A DNA stretch of 64,000 nucleotides from the human T2T-CHM13v2.0 reference genome, Homo sapiens. Where the stretch lies: assembly GCF_009914755.1 (NCBI RefSeq), contig NC_060933.1. The stretch is one strand, 5' to 3'. The position numbers and the translations under genes were made by a program. Each line of letters opens with the position of its first letter. Within the stretch, counting starts at the first letter, position 1. Under the pieces are notes generated by a model that worked only from the letters and a program-made list of their open reading frames with translations, did not search any database and was not told the DNA's origin. Positions 1 to 15,960 of this stretch are shown here, in pieces.

Positions 1-375
1 GTGTGTTTAGCTAACCTTTTGTGGATGCTTAACCAGCCAGAGATGCCCCGCATTATTTCCACAGAAGTCTCCATGTGCTTCTTTATCTTCTAATTAATAC
101 TATTTTTAATTATTCCCAAGGCCCAGCACTTAAAGTCAATAATAGCAGAATATTAACTATTAACATTAGCTATATTTTCTTATATAAGCTTTATATACAT
201 GAACATAAATTTACTGAATTTAGATCATAATATGTGTGGATTTAAACATTTTTTTTCTCACTTTGTTTTTGTGAACTTTATTCTGGGTTATTAAATATTT
301 TTGAAAACATGATTTAATGACTTAATAGATTAATATTCTCTTATATAGGTATTTTATAATATTCCTCTTGTTTCT

Positions 376-672
<297 letters not shown>

Positions 673-804
673 CCTCTTGTTACTATTATGAATAACGCTG
701 TGATGAGCATCATTGTGCATACATCTGTTTTCATTTCTGATTATTTCTTTAACTTAAAATAGATTAAATTACTGAGTTGAAGGGTATAAGTTTTTAAATT
801 TAAA

Positions 805-955
805 TTTTATTTTTTATTTTTAATTTTATTTTTTAAAATAGAGACCAGGTCTCACTACATTGCCTAGGCTGGTCTTGAACTCTTAGCCTCAGGTGATCGT
901 CCTGTCTGGGCCTCCTGCAATGCCATGATTACTGGTATGAGCCATCACACTCGGC
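805..955 (-). mobile_element. Alu left monomer/FLAM, antisense
   Basis: tagagaccaggtctcactacattgcctaggctggtcttgaactc...gagccatcacactcggc; single arm only. Confidence 0.8.
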
Positions 956-3900
956 TTCAGGGGTATATATATATTTTAAGACTTCTGTCAAACTTCTTAA
1001 TTTATTTTCAGAAAAGCTTTTCCGGTTTGTACTTTCAGTATTTGAGTGTGCTGTACCAACATTAAGTATTCTTATTTTAGAAAATTTTTGCCAATTTGAC
1101 AGAAGAATGGTATACCATTGTTTAATTTGCATTTCTTTGATTATCTGTGATTTGAATATATCTCATAAGTTTATAGGTCACTTATACTTCTTCAGCTAAT
1201 ATTACATCAAAGAGACTTTGAGAATCATAGAAACCTAGTTACACTTATGCTATTCCTATAAGATTGTCAGTCACTTGAGGGAAGAGGTTATATAGAGTCA
1301 TCTCTGTGTCTTCTGGGCTGGCTGAGTACATGGCCATATGTACTTAATAAGTGTTTGATGACATTGCTATTGCTGATGAGGCAGTAATGTTGGTAGTGTG
1401 GGTGGGAGTGGATATGAATCTGTACCTTATTTGGCTTAGCTGCAGAAAAATCTGGGGGAGGAGGTGAGACTTTAGCTCTAGAAACGGAGATTGCGGTGGC
1501 AGCGGGTGGGTGGGTGTTCCAGGTGGAAGGGACAGTTCAGGAGAAGGCATGGAGATAGGCCAGGAAGAAGGCTTGACAGGAGCTCTTGGGTTGTTGAAGA
1601 AAGCTGAGGAAGGAGAGCCTTGGTAAGCAGAGACAGAACAGCAAATAGATGAGAAGGCCTGGGTTTAAATGGAGCAGTCTCAGGAGAGGTAGGATTACAG
1701 CTGCCAGCCTGAGAGGTAGATCAGCATTTTCTTAGGGGCGATCATTAAGACAGAGAACGAATCGAAACTCTTCTGCAAAGTTCCGTTCTCACTTGTTACT
1801 CCCTCCCAAGAAAAGTGACTTCCTTCTTGTTCTATAATTGAAGCCTCAAAAATGGGTCCCTAGGGGAAAAATAATGAGGCTTAAGGAGAGGGCTTTTGAG
1901 AACTGCACCATTCAGACTTTGCACCAGGGAAATACTCTTTCCATAATCTTAAACTCTGGAATTTTTTCTGATCATGTCTGCCTATCTTAACTTCTCAACT
2001 CTTTGCCCTCATGGAGACTACCAATTTCCGATCCCTCCTTTTTCTCACAACTTTTCATCCCTCTCCCTAACCATTGCCATTCTAACATTTCTAAAAAAAA
2101 CTGAAGAATGTTTTGAATAAGTAATAAATGTAAAATATAAAATTGAAAAGGATATTATATATAGATATATATTTATAAATATATAATGCACAGTTTTCCT
2201 ACTTCAGATTCCCAGGCCCCCTCATCTCCTTTTCCCCCATCTTATTATTTGTGTCTCATGGATCAGTCCAGAGTTAATCCATCCATTTATGAGCATGTGT
2301 GTGCCCCAAAACTTGTATGTGTGTATTACACACATTGTCCTACACCTTGCTTTTTTCATTTATTGCTCTATCTCGGAGATTTTTTTCCTTATTAGTATAA
2401 ATAGAGTTCATACTCTATTAACAGCTGCATAGTTTTTCTGTTAGTATAAATAGGGCTACTGCTTTGTAAATAGTTATATAGTATTTCTTTCTGTAGATGT
2501 GTTATAATTTATATACTCTGCCCCCATTGATGGATCTTTAGGTTGTTTCTAATGTAGTTGCAATGCAAATCCTGTACATAAGCCTGAATACTTCAAGACT
2601 TATCTTAGCCACAGCTTTTGAGACCCCTCTTCAAACTTCATGGTAAGCCCTACCCAAGAACAGGCCTTACTATTGCTTCACAAACCAGAGTGACCTTCCC
2701 TGGCCCTAGCTGCTCCTCTGAATGCTGTGAGACAACCCTTGTTCTCAACAGACTGTTTTCGCCTTCTGAGAAACTGCAGTGCCTTTACCTGATATCTGAG
2801 ACCAGAACCAACATATTCTCTACCTTCTGACCTTGACTGGACCTGGCTGTTCCTTGAAGCCCTCTTTGGTAGAGACTATGCCTTTTATATGCCCCATGCA
2901 TTACTGGGTCAGAAGTGAGGTTTGGTTTTCTCTGGCTTCCTCTGCCACTTCCAAGCCATTACTAGATCCTTGCCTAACCTGTTTCTACAGCCACCTTCCT
3001 TGTTGCAATTAGATTACAACTTTCCCATAATTCCCCATTTATTCATTGAAAATTTTAGTACCTGCATCACAGTTTTCCTTTTTAATCTCAACTCTTGCCA
3101 TAATAATAATATCATTATAGTAACCACATTTATTGAATACTACTATGTGTAGGCACTATATCTTTACATGCATTACCTAATGAATTCATAATAATAATTC
3201 TGTGAATTAGGCTTATGTTATTAGGCCCACTTTATTGATTAAGCAACTGAGTGTTTAGAAAGATAGAAACTTGTTCAGGATCACCCAGCTAGTAAGATTT
3301 AGGACCAGGATTCAAATCTAGATCTATTTAACTTCAGAGCTTGTCTTTTTAACACTAATCTTAGAACCCTACTTTCCAAAGCATGTTCCACAGGACTCCA
3401 GTTTCTAGAGTCATTAATAGGTATCATATTATACACGGTTCTATGTCAAAGAAATTTGGGAAACACAGAATTCAACAGAGCACAAAGCCAATAGATTGCC
3501 TTATATCTTAGGACTTCTCAGAAACTTCAGTATACTTAGGCTTATTGTGATTCTTTAAGAAGGGAATATAATATGCACAGCTTTATTGCAGACTTATTTG
3601 ACCATGAAACACTCTTTTAGAGACACATTCTGTGGGACTAGTTTTCCAAGGAATATACTTGAGAAAAGTCTGCGTCAGAGATCCCATTGTCATTTCATTA
3701 AAACTGTATTTGTGAAGGTCATCAGTGAGCTCCTAACTGATAACTTAGTGGTTGCTTTTCAGTGTTTATCTTATTGGACCTCTTTGCAGTATTTGACACT
3801 TCTGCACAGTCCCTCCTGTTTTGACATCTAAGAAACCATCTCCAACTCTCCTCTTTGATCTGTCTTCAGTCTCTTTTCTGATTTCTCTGTTTGCTCATTT

Positions 3901-5433
3901 CTTAAATGTTGTTCTTTCCAGAGTTCTTTCCTCAATGCTCTTTTCATATAAATCTATACATTTTTCTTTTGAAATATCATTTATTATGTCACCTATCACC
4001 TATATGTGGGTTGCTCTCTTATCCAGCCCAGACCCTAAACCCATATTTCTAACTACTTCTTGGACACTCACTTGTCCCATCAGCATCTCAAATTCAGCTT
4101 GTCCCAATCAAAAGACATCACCTCTCTAAAACCTGTTTTACGTCCTGCATTTTGTTCCCATGCTTCCCAAATCAACCCTGAACCCACTAGATGTGATTGG
4201 GCTCCTGAGAGATAAGAGAAAGCGAAGACATTCTTTTTAAGATGTAGAAGAATGAGGAGCTGGAGTTTCACTTATCCTCAGAGGGAGAGAAGGATGAGGT
4301 AACTATCTTATGCACATAAAAAGTACTCCATAAATATCTGTTGGCAGGATGAATGAACAGGATGTAGAGTAAGGAAGCTTGTCCTTTTGCATTCTGGGCA
4401 GTTGAGTTGTGAAGAGGAATGAGGGGGGTTTTCTTGCCTAAAAATCTCTAGAAAAGGAGAGGTCCATACCCATTCTCGCCTATTCTCACTTTTGGTTGAG
4501 AAAAAAAATTTTTTTTATTTCCAAATTTTATCTTTTACCAGCTACCCATGGCTCTTCCCTCTGCTTACACAGCTTGCCTCCACTTCCTTTTACTATTCTA
4601 AGTGACATAGAGACAAGGATACACTGCCGTTGTACTCTTGCAGCCTTCTCATTCAGCCCTACTTTCATACCATTTCCCCTCAGTGGCTTGACAACAAATT
4701 CTTGTTCCTTTGTTTTTAGTAACAAATATTTTTAAATTCAGATATAATTAATATAACATAAAGCCATCTTAAAGTATACAATTAAGTGGTATTTAATATA
4801 GTCACTAGATCACACAACCATCACCACTACCTAATTCCAGAACATTTTCATCACCTCAAAAGGAAATCCCATACCCATTAGGGATTACTCCCTATTCCCT
4901 TTTCCACCAGCCTGTAGCAACCATGAATTTACTTTCTGTAGATTTGTCTGGACATTTCATACCAATGGATTCCTATCATATGTGGCCTACTGTGTCTGGA
5001 TTCTTTTATTTAGCTTAATGTTCTTAAGGTTCATCCATGTTGTAGCATGGATCGTTACTTTTGGCTATTATGAATAATGCAGCTGTGAACATTCATGTAC
5101 AAGTTCTTGTGTGAACATAAGTTTTCAGCTTTTTTGGGTATGCACTTAGGAATGGAACCGCTAGGTCATATGGTAACGTTGTTTAACATTTTGAGAAACC
5201 GCCAGACTGTTTTTTAAAGTGGTTGTGCTATTTTACCTTCCCATCAGCAGTGTATGAGGGTTTCATTTTCCCCCCATCTTTGCCAACACTTATTGTCTGT
5301 CTTTTTTTATTATAGCCATCCTAGTGGGTGTGAAGTGCTAACTTGTGATTTTGATTTGCATTTCCTTAGTAACTAATGATGTTGAGTATCTTTTCATGTG
5401 CTTATTGGCCATTTTTATATCTTCTTTGGAGTT

Positions 5434-6025
5434 TAGTAGTCTCCTCTTAAACATAGGGGATACATTCCCAGACCCCAAATGGGTACCTGAAACCATGGAT
5501 AGTACCAAACTTCACATATACTATGTTTTTTCCTATACATACATATGATAAGGTTTAATTTGTTAATTTTAGAGACAGGATCTCACTCTGTCCTGCAGGC
5601 TGGAATGCAGTGGTTCACTGCAGCCTTGAATCCTGGGCTCAAGCAGTCCTTCTACCTCAGCTTCCTGAGTAGCTTGGACTATAGGCATGCACCACCACAC
5701 CTGGCTAAGTTTCTATTTTTTAGTTTTTTGTAGAGACAAGAGCTGTGTTGCCCAGGCTGGTCTTCAACTTCTGGGCTCAAGTGATCCTTATGCCTTGGTC
5801 TCCCGAGGCACTGGGATTGCAGGTGTGAACCACTGTGCCCAGCCAATGTTTAATTTATAAATTAGGCACAGTAAGAGATTAACAACATAATAAAATAAAA
5901 CAATTATAACCATATACTGTAATTAAAGATATGTAAATATGATCTCTCAAAATATTTTATTGTATTGTACAGCAGGTAACTGAAACCACAGAAAGCAAAA
6001 CAGTGGCTAAGGAGGGACTACCGTA
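5434..6025. mobile_element. MER2-like (Tigger/pogo-derived) DNA transposon, split by an Alu
   Basis: ggggatacattcccagacccc...cctgaaaccatggatagtacc...tttataaattaggcacagtaagagattaacaac; the ends agtagtctcc / gggactaccg resemble terminal inverted repeats. Confidence 0.7.
5565..5843 (-). mobile_element. Alu (AluJ-like), antisense, inserted in the MER2-like element
   Basis: agagacaggatctcactctg...gtgaaccactgtgcccagcc; flanked by a gtttaattt duplication. Confidence 0.85.
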
Positions 6026-6352
6026 ATATCTATTCAAATCCTCCGCTCATTTTTAAATTGGGTTATTTGTCTTTTTGTTGTTGAGTTGTAAGAGTTCTTC
6101 ACATATTTTGGATAGAAGTCCCTTATCAAACATATGATTTGCAAATATTTTCTCCTACTCCTGTTCCTTTTTAATTTTTTCAAACCTCTTTTGAATTTGC
6201 CATGTTTTGCCTTAATTATGCCCTAACTTGCAACCTTTCTTCTCTTTCTCTTGCCTATCTCTGGGGAAATTGGCCACAGCAGCCAAGCCTCTGAAGCAAT
6301 AAGGAGGAGCTGTTTTTTCTAGGGTGTGGAAGTAGCTTGCCTAGTTGGTCAG

Positions 6353-6914
6353 TGTATTATTAGGGTTCTCCAGTGGGAGAGAACCAATAGGATATATGTA
6401 TATATAAAAGGGACTTTATTAAGGAGAATTGGCTTACATGATTACAAGGTGAAGTCCCATGCATGATAGGCTGTCTGCAAGCTGGAGAAAGAGAGGAGCC
6501 AGTAGAGGCTCAGTCCAAGTCCAAAAGCCTCAAAACCAGGGAAGCTGACAGTACAGCCTTCAGTCTGCAGCTGAAGACCTAAGGGACCCCAGGAAGCCTC
6601 TTGGTGCAAGTCCCAAATAACCTGTTCAAGGGCCGGAGAAGAGGAAGCAAATGTCCACATGGGAAGAAAAAAGAGAGCCAGAAAACTCAGCAAGCAAATT
6701 TATTCCACCTTCTTCCACCTGCTTTGTTCTAGCTACACTGGCAGCCAATTAGATTGTGCCCACCCACATTGAGGGTGGGTCTTCCTCTCCCAGTCCACCA
6801 ACTCAAATTTCTATCTTCTGTGGCAACACCCTCACAACACCCAGAAACAATACTTCCCCAGCCATCTATCTAGGCATCCCTCCAGTCAGGTTGACACCTA
6901 ATATTAACCATTAC
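6353..6914 (-). mobile_element. MLT2-type (ERVL) solo LTR
   Basis: Begins tgtattattagggttctccag..gaaccaataggata and ends ttgacacctaatattaaccat, matching the reverse complement of MLT2 termini as recalled. Confidence 0.7.
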
Positions 6915-7143
6915 CGTCAATGAAAGCATGTTCTGGAGCATTGCAGCCATGAAAGCATGTTCTGGAGCTGCCAGCTCATGTAGCATCCTGATGGTCTCAG
7001 TCCCTCCTTTTCTGTTTCTCTAATATACGCATCTAGCTCCGTCCTTGGAATTCAACCATTTAGGTAAAAACTAAAGTTGTCAGTAGAAAGGAATTCAAAA
7101 GATGAAGCTAAGTAGATGACAACAGTGATTTCTTTAGGAATAA

Positions 7144-7672
<529 letters not shown>

Positions 7673-7756
7673 TGATCCTTCCACTGTATTCCAAAGTTTC
7701 CCTACAAAGGAAAGGAAAAAACCAGAGTGCCTGGCTTCTGGTTCTGAATTGTCCCC

Positions 7757-7921
7757 TTCCTTCCTTCCTTCCTTCCTTCCTTCCTTCCTTCCTTCCTTCC
7801 TTCCTTCCTCCCTCCCTTCCTTCCCTTCCCTTTCTTCCTCCCTTCCTTCCCTTTCTTCCCTTCCTTCTGTTCCTTCCTTTCCTTCTTTTCTTTTCCTTTC
7901 TTTTCCTTCCCTTTCCCTTTC

Positions 7922-7930
<9 letters not shown>
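7757..7930. repeat. (CCTT)n/(CTTT)n polypyrimidine microsatellite
   Basis: About 12 perfect CCTT units followed by a degenerate C/T tract. Confidence 0.95.
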
Positions 7931-8214
<284 letters not shown>

Positions 8215-8291
8215 CCGAATTGTCCCCTTTCTTCCCTTGCCTTTTAAATATCTGATACCACTGAGTTCCTGATTTCACCTTTTCCTCCTCT

Positions 8292-8993
<702 letters not shown>

Positions 8994-10368
8994 ACCTCCC
9001 ATGGCAGAAGAGGGAAGAGGGTGGCACAAGCCTCAGTATTTCTCGCCTGTCAATATTTGTTTCCTGAGGTCCACTTGGAGAGAAATAGGGTTTCCAGACT
9101 GGTAGACACAGAGCCCAAGAGCCCATTCACAATATTGTGTCTTTTGTATCCGTTTACTGTTAAATTGTTACTAACAAAATTTAGGGCTGGATAGAAATGC
9201 CGAGAACTGGGTTTTTGTATTAGCTCACCCTTAAAATCTGAAATAACTAACAAATTCATATTTGTTGTTCTTCTCAGTTATAAAATTAGGGATAGCGACT
9301 TGTTCTCTCTCACAGGATTTTGGTGAGATCACAGAAAAATGCATTTTTGAGTACAAAGCTCTACAAGCATTTGCTTAAAAGTCTCTAGCCAGCCTCCTAG
9401 TACTTTCCAGAACTGTTGGCTTTTAGGGATCTGTCATGACCTTTCTAGCCTAGACCTGAGGCAACTGAATGACCCATCAAAGGTCATTGCTGACCATGGC
9501 TGGAACCTTTGCTGCTAAGTGAGGATCCATTGACACTGCTGTTTTTTTGGCTGATGTGGCAATGAGCCAATGCCATAGGATTTCAGGCTGTTATAGGGAT
9601 CTAGGCCACCAGGTCTCCCCTGTGGTAACAGGGTTGCTAGGGTAACTTATCTATGGATGACTCCAATGAGGCTATTTGGTATGTTAGTGCTTCTCTGGGA
9701 CCACCAAAGAAGAGGAAGAAGTCAACGGAAGCCAAAGGCTGACCTGTGCAATGTGGGAACATTTTCAAAGAGCAGCTTTCATGCACTTGTCAGTAGCAAT
9801 ACGGATGTTTTTTGTTTGTTTTACCTCTGAAATATTCTGGACACATTTATGGCCTGGATCTGGATGTTCATCAATGGTGGATCTTCTATAAACCTTCTAG
9901 TTCTGGGCTGTGACTGAGCCTGGTGAATTATAGGATGTCACACCTGGACTGAGATTTGGGGCAGTGGATCATTTGGAAGGGTGGATTTGGCTCTGGTTTC
10001 CAAGGAGCACATAGAACATTTCCAAGGGATGCCATAATGTCATCAACCTGTCCAGAGTTAGAGAAAAGGGTATCAGATACTGGCTGCGGGCCTTAGCTCC
10101 AAATGGTAGGTATTTTCTGGGCATAGTATCAATAAAGGGAGGTACATAGTTAACTCTTATGGAATAAGTCAGATTCCTCTACAAAATTACTTGCTTCCAA
10201 GTAATAAGCAAAGCATCCTTTCTCACTCTTTACCACCACCTTCTCTGATTCCTGCTGCTTATTTGACCATCCAACCAATGAGAATATTCATTGCTGGCTG
10301 TTCCTCTGTGAAAAAACATCCTTTTGCCAAAGTTATCCAAAATGAAGCAACTTAAGTAATTATTCAGG

Positions 10369-10689
10369 GTTTTTTGTTTTGTTTTGTTTTTTCGTTTTCT
10401 TTTGTTTTTTGAGACAAGGTCTCGCTCTGTCACCCAGGCTGCAGTGTAGTGGCGTGATCTCGGCTGACTGCAACCTCTGCCTCCAGATTCAAGCGATTCT
10501 TGTGCCTTAGCCTCCCATGTAGCTGGGATTACAGGAGTGCATCACCACACCCGGCTAAATTTGTATTTTTAATAGAGATGGGGTTTCGCCATCTTGGCCA
10601 GGCTGGTCTTGAACTCCTGGCCTCAAGCGATCTGCCTGCCTTGGCCTCCTAAAGTGCTGGTATTACAGGCATGTGCCACTGTGCCCAGC
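10369..10689 (-). mobile_element. Alu, antisense
   Basis: (TTTTG)n tail + gagacaaggtctcgctctgtcacccaggctg...gtgccactgtgcccagc. Confidence 0.9.
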
Positions 10690-11113
10690 ACTTTTTCAGT
10701 TTTAAATCAAGCCCCTAATAAGTGGGTACTGCTGGGTACTGTTGGGACTATTTGTAAGACATTTTCCTATTCTCCAAGAGCTTATAGGCCAGAGGGGAGG
10801 TAGAAATAATTAACAGTTAAGTATTTAAATACTTTTTTCTCTCAGTCACTTTTTCCTCATTCTTACTTTCTGTGCAGCATTCCATAGTGTTTTTAAAACT
10901 CCCTTTTTTCGTTTCCTATTTTCTTCTATTATTCTTAGATTCTCCCAATTCTCTTCCTTCCTTAGCTCCTGCCTCATTTCTTTCTACAGTCTTCCCTCAA
11001 GCATCACTTTTAATCTCAAAACTGCATCTCTTCAGCCTCTAATCAAGAATCTTTAATTAAGCAACTACTCTATGGAAGGTAATGTGCTTGGTCCTACCTA
11101 CTGTGATAGGTAA

Positions 11114-11393
<280 letters not shown>

Positions 11394-13097
11394 TCCCAAC
11401 TAGCCTTTGTAAGCAGATGTTCCCAAATCTAAACCTTCCCTTTTTCCTTAGGCTCTATTCTTCCTGTCTAGTTATCTACTAGTTATTTTCACTATAATTT
11501 CCCAATGTTTAAAACTTCCCTCTTGAGCCTATTCCTTTTCCTTTGTTCTCTATTTATATTAAAGTTACCATCATTCTACTAGTCACCCACTCAAAATCAC
11601 GGTGTCACTTTTTATTCTTCCTTCTCTCTTGCCTCCCACTTAGATCATTTGCCAGCTCTTGCTCTTCTTTTCTTTGTGGTTTCTTTTACCAGTCTCTGTC
11701 TCTTCTCTGTTTCCCTTTGTGTTCGGGTTCTCTTTATTTGCTTAGACTATAGTATTAGTCTTCTAATGGTTTCCTTGCTTTTATTTTCTTAGAAGCCATT
11801 TTATGTATTACTGCCAGATTTATCTTTCTGAAATAGAGCTCGAGTCATGGCTACCATTTATACCAAGGGCTCAACTTGGATGTCACATTCTTTGAAGCCT
11901 TTCCCAAAGTGCCCAGGCCAAGTTAGAGTCTCATCTTTTATCTTTCTATAGCATTTCATATATAATCAACTTTGATGTTAATCACATTGTCCTGGAATTA
12001 TGTGAGCATTTGCCCTCAAGATTATATATTTCTTAAAATAATATATTTTGTATGATTCTTTTTGTATTAAGTTCAAAAACAGGAAAAAGTAACCTGTGGT
12101 GTCAGACATCAGGATAGTGATTACCTTTGGGGGATGGAATTTGTAGTGATTAGATATGAGCACAGGAGGCTTCTGGAGTTCTGGTTATATTGTTTTCTTG
12201 ATCTAGATTCTGTTTACATGGATGTAAAAGTACACTTTTGACTTGTTTATGTTATAATTATAATGTATATTATCATTCAATAAAAAGTTTAAATAAAAGC
12301 TAAATGAAAAATAGCATTAAAATACAGAGTAGAGAAAATGTCTGACTTTATATCCCTGATGCCTGGCACCCACTAAACTCTTTGCAGATGAGTGAGTGAG
12401 TGAGTGAATAGAGAAGTGAATGAAAGTTTATCCTCAAAAAAATTAATTTTTCTTTACATTGGTAATTAAATTATAGTCTCAACAGAGCCTGAGTTCTCCA
12501 CCACTTACGGCCTGTGTAACCTTAGGCTTAGGCAAGTTACCCAGCCCTTTGGAAACATAATTTTTTCATCTCTGAATATCATAGTTGCCTCAGTGGATGA
12601 ATAAGGGTTTAATAATATCATACATGTAGAGCAGGGCATGGTGTGTTGTTAGCATTCAGTAAATGTTAATATCCTTTTCTTTCCAACGCCTTCCTCCTTC
12701 TCCCTTTCATCTCTTTACCCATCCTCTATCCTCTGCCTTAAATATCCTTTCCTTTTAGTTTCCACATATCCAAATATTATCCATTCTTTGGATCAATCTC
12801 AGATATCATGCTCTTCACAGAGCCTTCTCTGACTCACATCCAAACCAGTGTTTCTAATGCTGGAAATATTTCCCTCTCTCAAATTCTTGTACATTTTATC
12901 TGTGTCCCTTATGATACATATTAGTCACTCACTCCAACCTTTAGGAGTTGCTGAAGGCTGCCGTCTGACTTCAGGCCCAAAGAAGAATAAGCACTGTAAT
13001 TGGGCTAATATGCTGGAGGCAGGAGCTCTGTCATTTGGAACAAACTTGGGAATGAAAAGTCAGGTTGAGAAAACTGCTTTGGGCTTTTCATATTCAT

Positions 13098-13409
<312 letters not shown>

Positions 13410-13898
13410 CTGATATTCATTTTTGTACCTCCCCTTACACTTGGAGAAATTCAGATGTCTATTAAAAAATATGGGCCCAGGGGCTAAAGTTTAAGTTGCA
13501 GACTGTTTGACCTGCCTTTTGAAATGGTTAAAAACCTCTTCTGCTAAAGACGTCTTTTGGCCCAGCTTGGCTTATCAAGGTAAAAGGCCATGCAGATGTT
13601 TGAGTCTCAAGTCTTAGGAATTAAGAGTAGACATTCACCTGGAGTATCTTCTCTGCCTAATATCCCTAGTGCATGTAGGTAGAAAAACAGTTCAGGGAAG
13701 ACCCCATTCCTGGCCACTTATTTTCTTATTATTTTGGCTTTCTACGTGTATTTTCCTTGCATACTTACAGGCTTTAAATCCTTTGCTAGATTGCTCTTGA
13801 GGTCAAGAACTGATCACCAATTCTTAGCATCAATTCCTCCTGATACTTAGTAAAAACTCAGCAAAGATTTATGGAATGAACACTTAAAAATATTAGGT

Positions 13899-14225
<327 letters not shown>

Positions 14226-14838
14226 CTAAGTAACTGATTGCAAAAGAAATAATTAAGTCTTTTAACTGAAAATAGTTGCCACAGGACTTTAAGGAACAAG
14301 CCCTTTGGATTAGGGTGATCAGAGAAGTCTTCTCAGAGGAATTCCCAGAGAATACTAAGTTAGCAGTTAAGTATCAGGAAATGGCCAAGAAATAAAATAA
14401 CATGAGCTTCTAAAGATGGAAATCAAGGGATAACTTGCTTCCTGTGTTTGCAAGCATATGCCATGGGGGAGATCCATGGCCTCTTGCAAGTGGCATGTTG
14501 CATTCTTCCTGTGGACAATGCAGCTGCTATTTACCACTATGCCCTGAAGTACAGTCATATTGTAAGACTTCAGTAAACTTCCTGAAGCCAAAGGGAAAGA
14601 GGTAAGTTGTAGCCCATTCTTTAAGCTGCTTCTTCTCTTTGCTGGTTGTCACCTTCAAGCATGCTAAGGAAATGTGTTTATTCAGTCCTCACCTGAGAAC
14701 ACTCAGACTTAAACAGCCAAAGAAGACAAGTTAGGAAGATCATTTTAGATGAAAACCAACCTCCTGGAGCATTTGTTAACGACAGATGAGATAAAACTGT
14801 TGACTGATTTCTCTCTAAAATATTCTTCCTTCTTGGCC

Positions 14839-15145
14839 TTTTTTTTTTTTTTTAAAGGGGTCTTGGTCTGTCACTCAAGCTGGAGTGCAGTGGCACAATC
14901 ACGGCTCACTGTAACCTCGAACTCCTGGGCTCAGGCAGACCTCCTGCTTCAGCCTCCAAGTAGCTGGGATTAGAATAGCTAGGACTACAAGGATGTGCCA
15001 CCAGACCTGGCTAATTTTTAAATTTTTCTTGTAGAGATGGGGGTCCCCCTATGTTGCCCAGGCTGGTCTTGAACTCCTGGCCTCAGTCCTTCTACTTCAG
15101 CCTCCATAAGTGGTGGGATTACAGGCCTGAGTCACTGCGCCTGGC
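14839..15145 (-). mobile_element. Alu (AluJ-like), antisense
   Basis: polyT + ggggtcttggtctgtcactcaagctggagtgcagtgg...gagtcactgcgcctggcc. Confidence 0.88.
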
Positions 15146-15624
15146 CCCATCTTTGATTTCTTCATAGCATTTCTCTTTCTCTGCTTGCCCCTTAAAACTT
15201 GATAATTCCCAGGCTTTGTTTTCTACCTCATTTTCTTTTCTAGTTAATCTCATCCATGTCCTAACCTGTAACTGATAAATCCCAAATTACTATCTCTACC
15301 TCAGTCCTCTTTCATGAGTTCCAGACTTTTTTATCCAGCTTCCTGTGGATATTGTCACCTGAATGTTCATAGCCACTTCATACAATGTGTTCAAACCGTA
15401 CTTACCATCTTTTTTTTCTCCTCCACTTCCTCTTCTATATATCCTTTCTTACTACCCCGTCAAACATAAAATCTAACACTCCTCTCCCTCAGAATATATA
15501 ACATGGGTATAACAATGCCTCTTGCTTTAACATTTCCCCCGTTAGGTTATGAACTTCTTAAGGGCAAGGATTGTATCTTTTCATTACGCCTGTTAACAAG
15601 ATGTTGTTACTTAATAGGTGTTCA

Positions 15625-15960
15625 TTTATTTTTTGTTTTTTATTTATTTTATTTTTTCGAGAAAGAGTCTCGCTCTGTCACCCAGGTTGAAGTGCAGTGG
15701 TGTGATCATGGCTCACTGCTGCCTTGACGCCCTGGGCTTAGGATATCTTAGGTTATCTTCCCACCTCAGCTTCCCAAGTAGCTGGTGGAAGGGGCAAAAG
15801 AACTCCTGTGGGCCTCTTTTATAAAGGCACTAATCCCATTCATTAGGGCTCTGCCTTCATGATCTGTTCACCTCCCCAAAGGCTCACCTCCTAATGTCAT
15901 CACCTTGAGGGTTAGGATTTTAACATATGAATTTTGGAGTGACACAGACGTTCAGGCAAT
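15625..15960 (-). mobile_element. Truncated Alu right arm abutting a MaLR (MST/MLT1-like) LTR fragment
   Basis: Alu text ends at cccaagtagctgg (~15785); then ttttataaaggcactaatcccatt...ggttaggattttaacatatgaatttt. Confidence 0.65.

Larger units (their letters stand above)
4730..6155 (-). mobile_element. Old L1 (L1M-type) 3' fragment, interrupted by a MER2-like element and an Alu
   Basis: Antisense L1 3' text (ttccagaacattttcatcacc, ttttgatttgcatttccttagtaactaatgatgttgag) that resumes after ~6025 (tctattcaaatcc, gatttgcaaatattttctc). Confidence 0.75.

Noticed and set aside
6920-6968. 20-bp direct repeat atgaaagcatgttctggagc beside the MLT2 LTR
   Set aside because: Both copies lie on the same side of the LTR, so it is not a TSD; likely a neutral slippage duplication.
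14595-14607. Consensus donor GAG|GTAAGT
   Set aside because: No convincing paired acceptor, UNC13-like coding frame or promoter context; such sites occur by chance.
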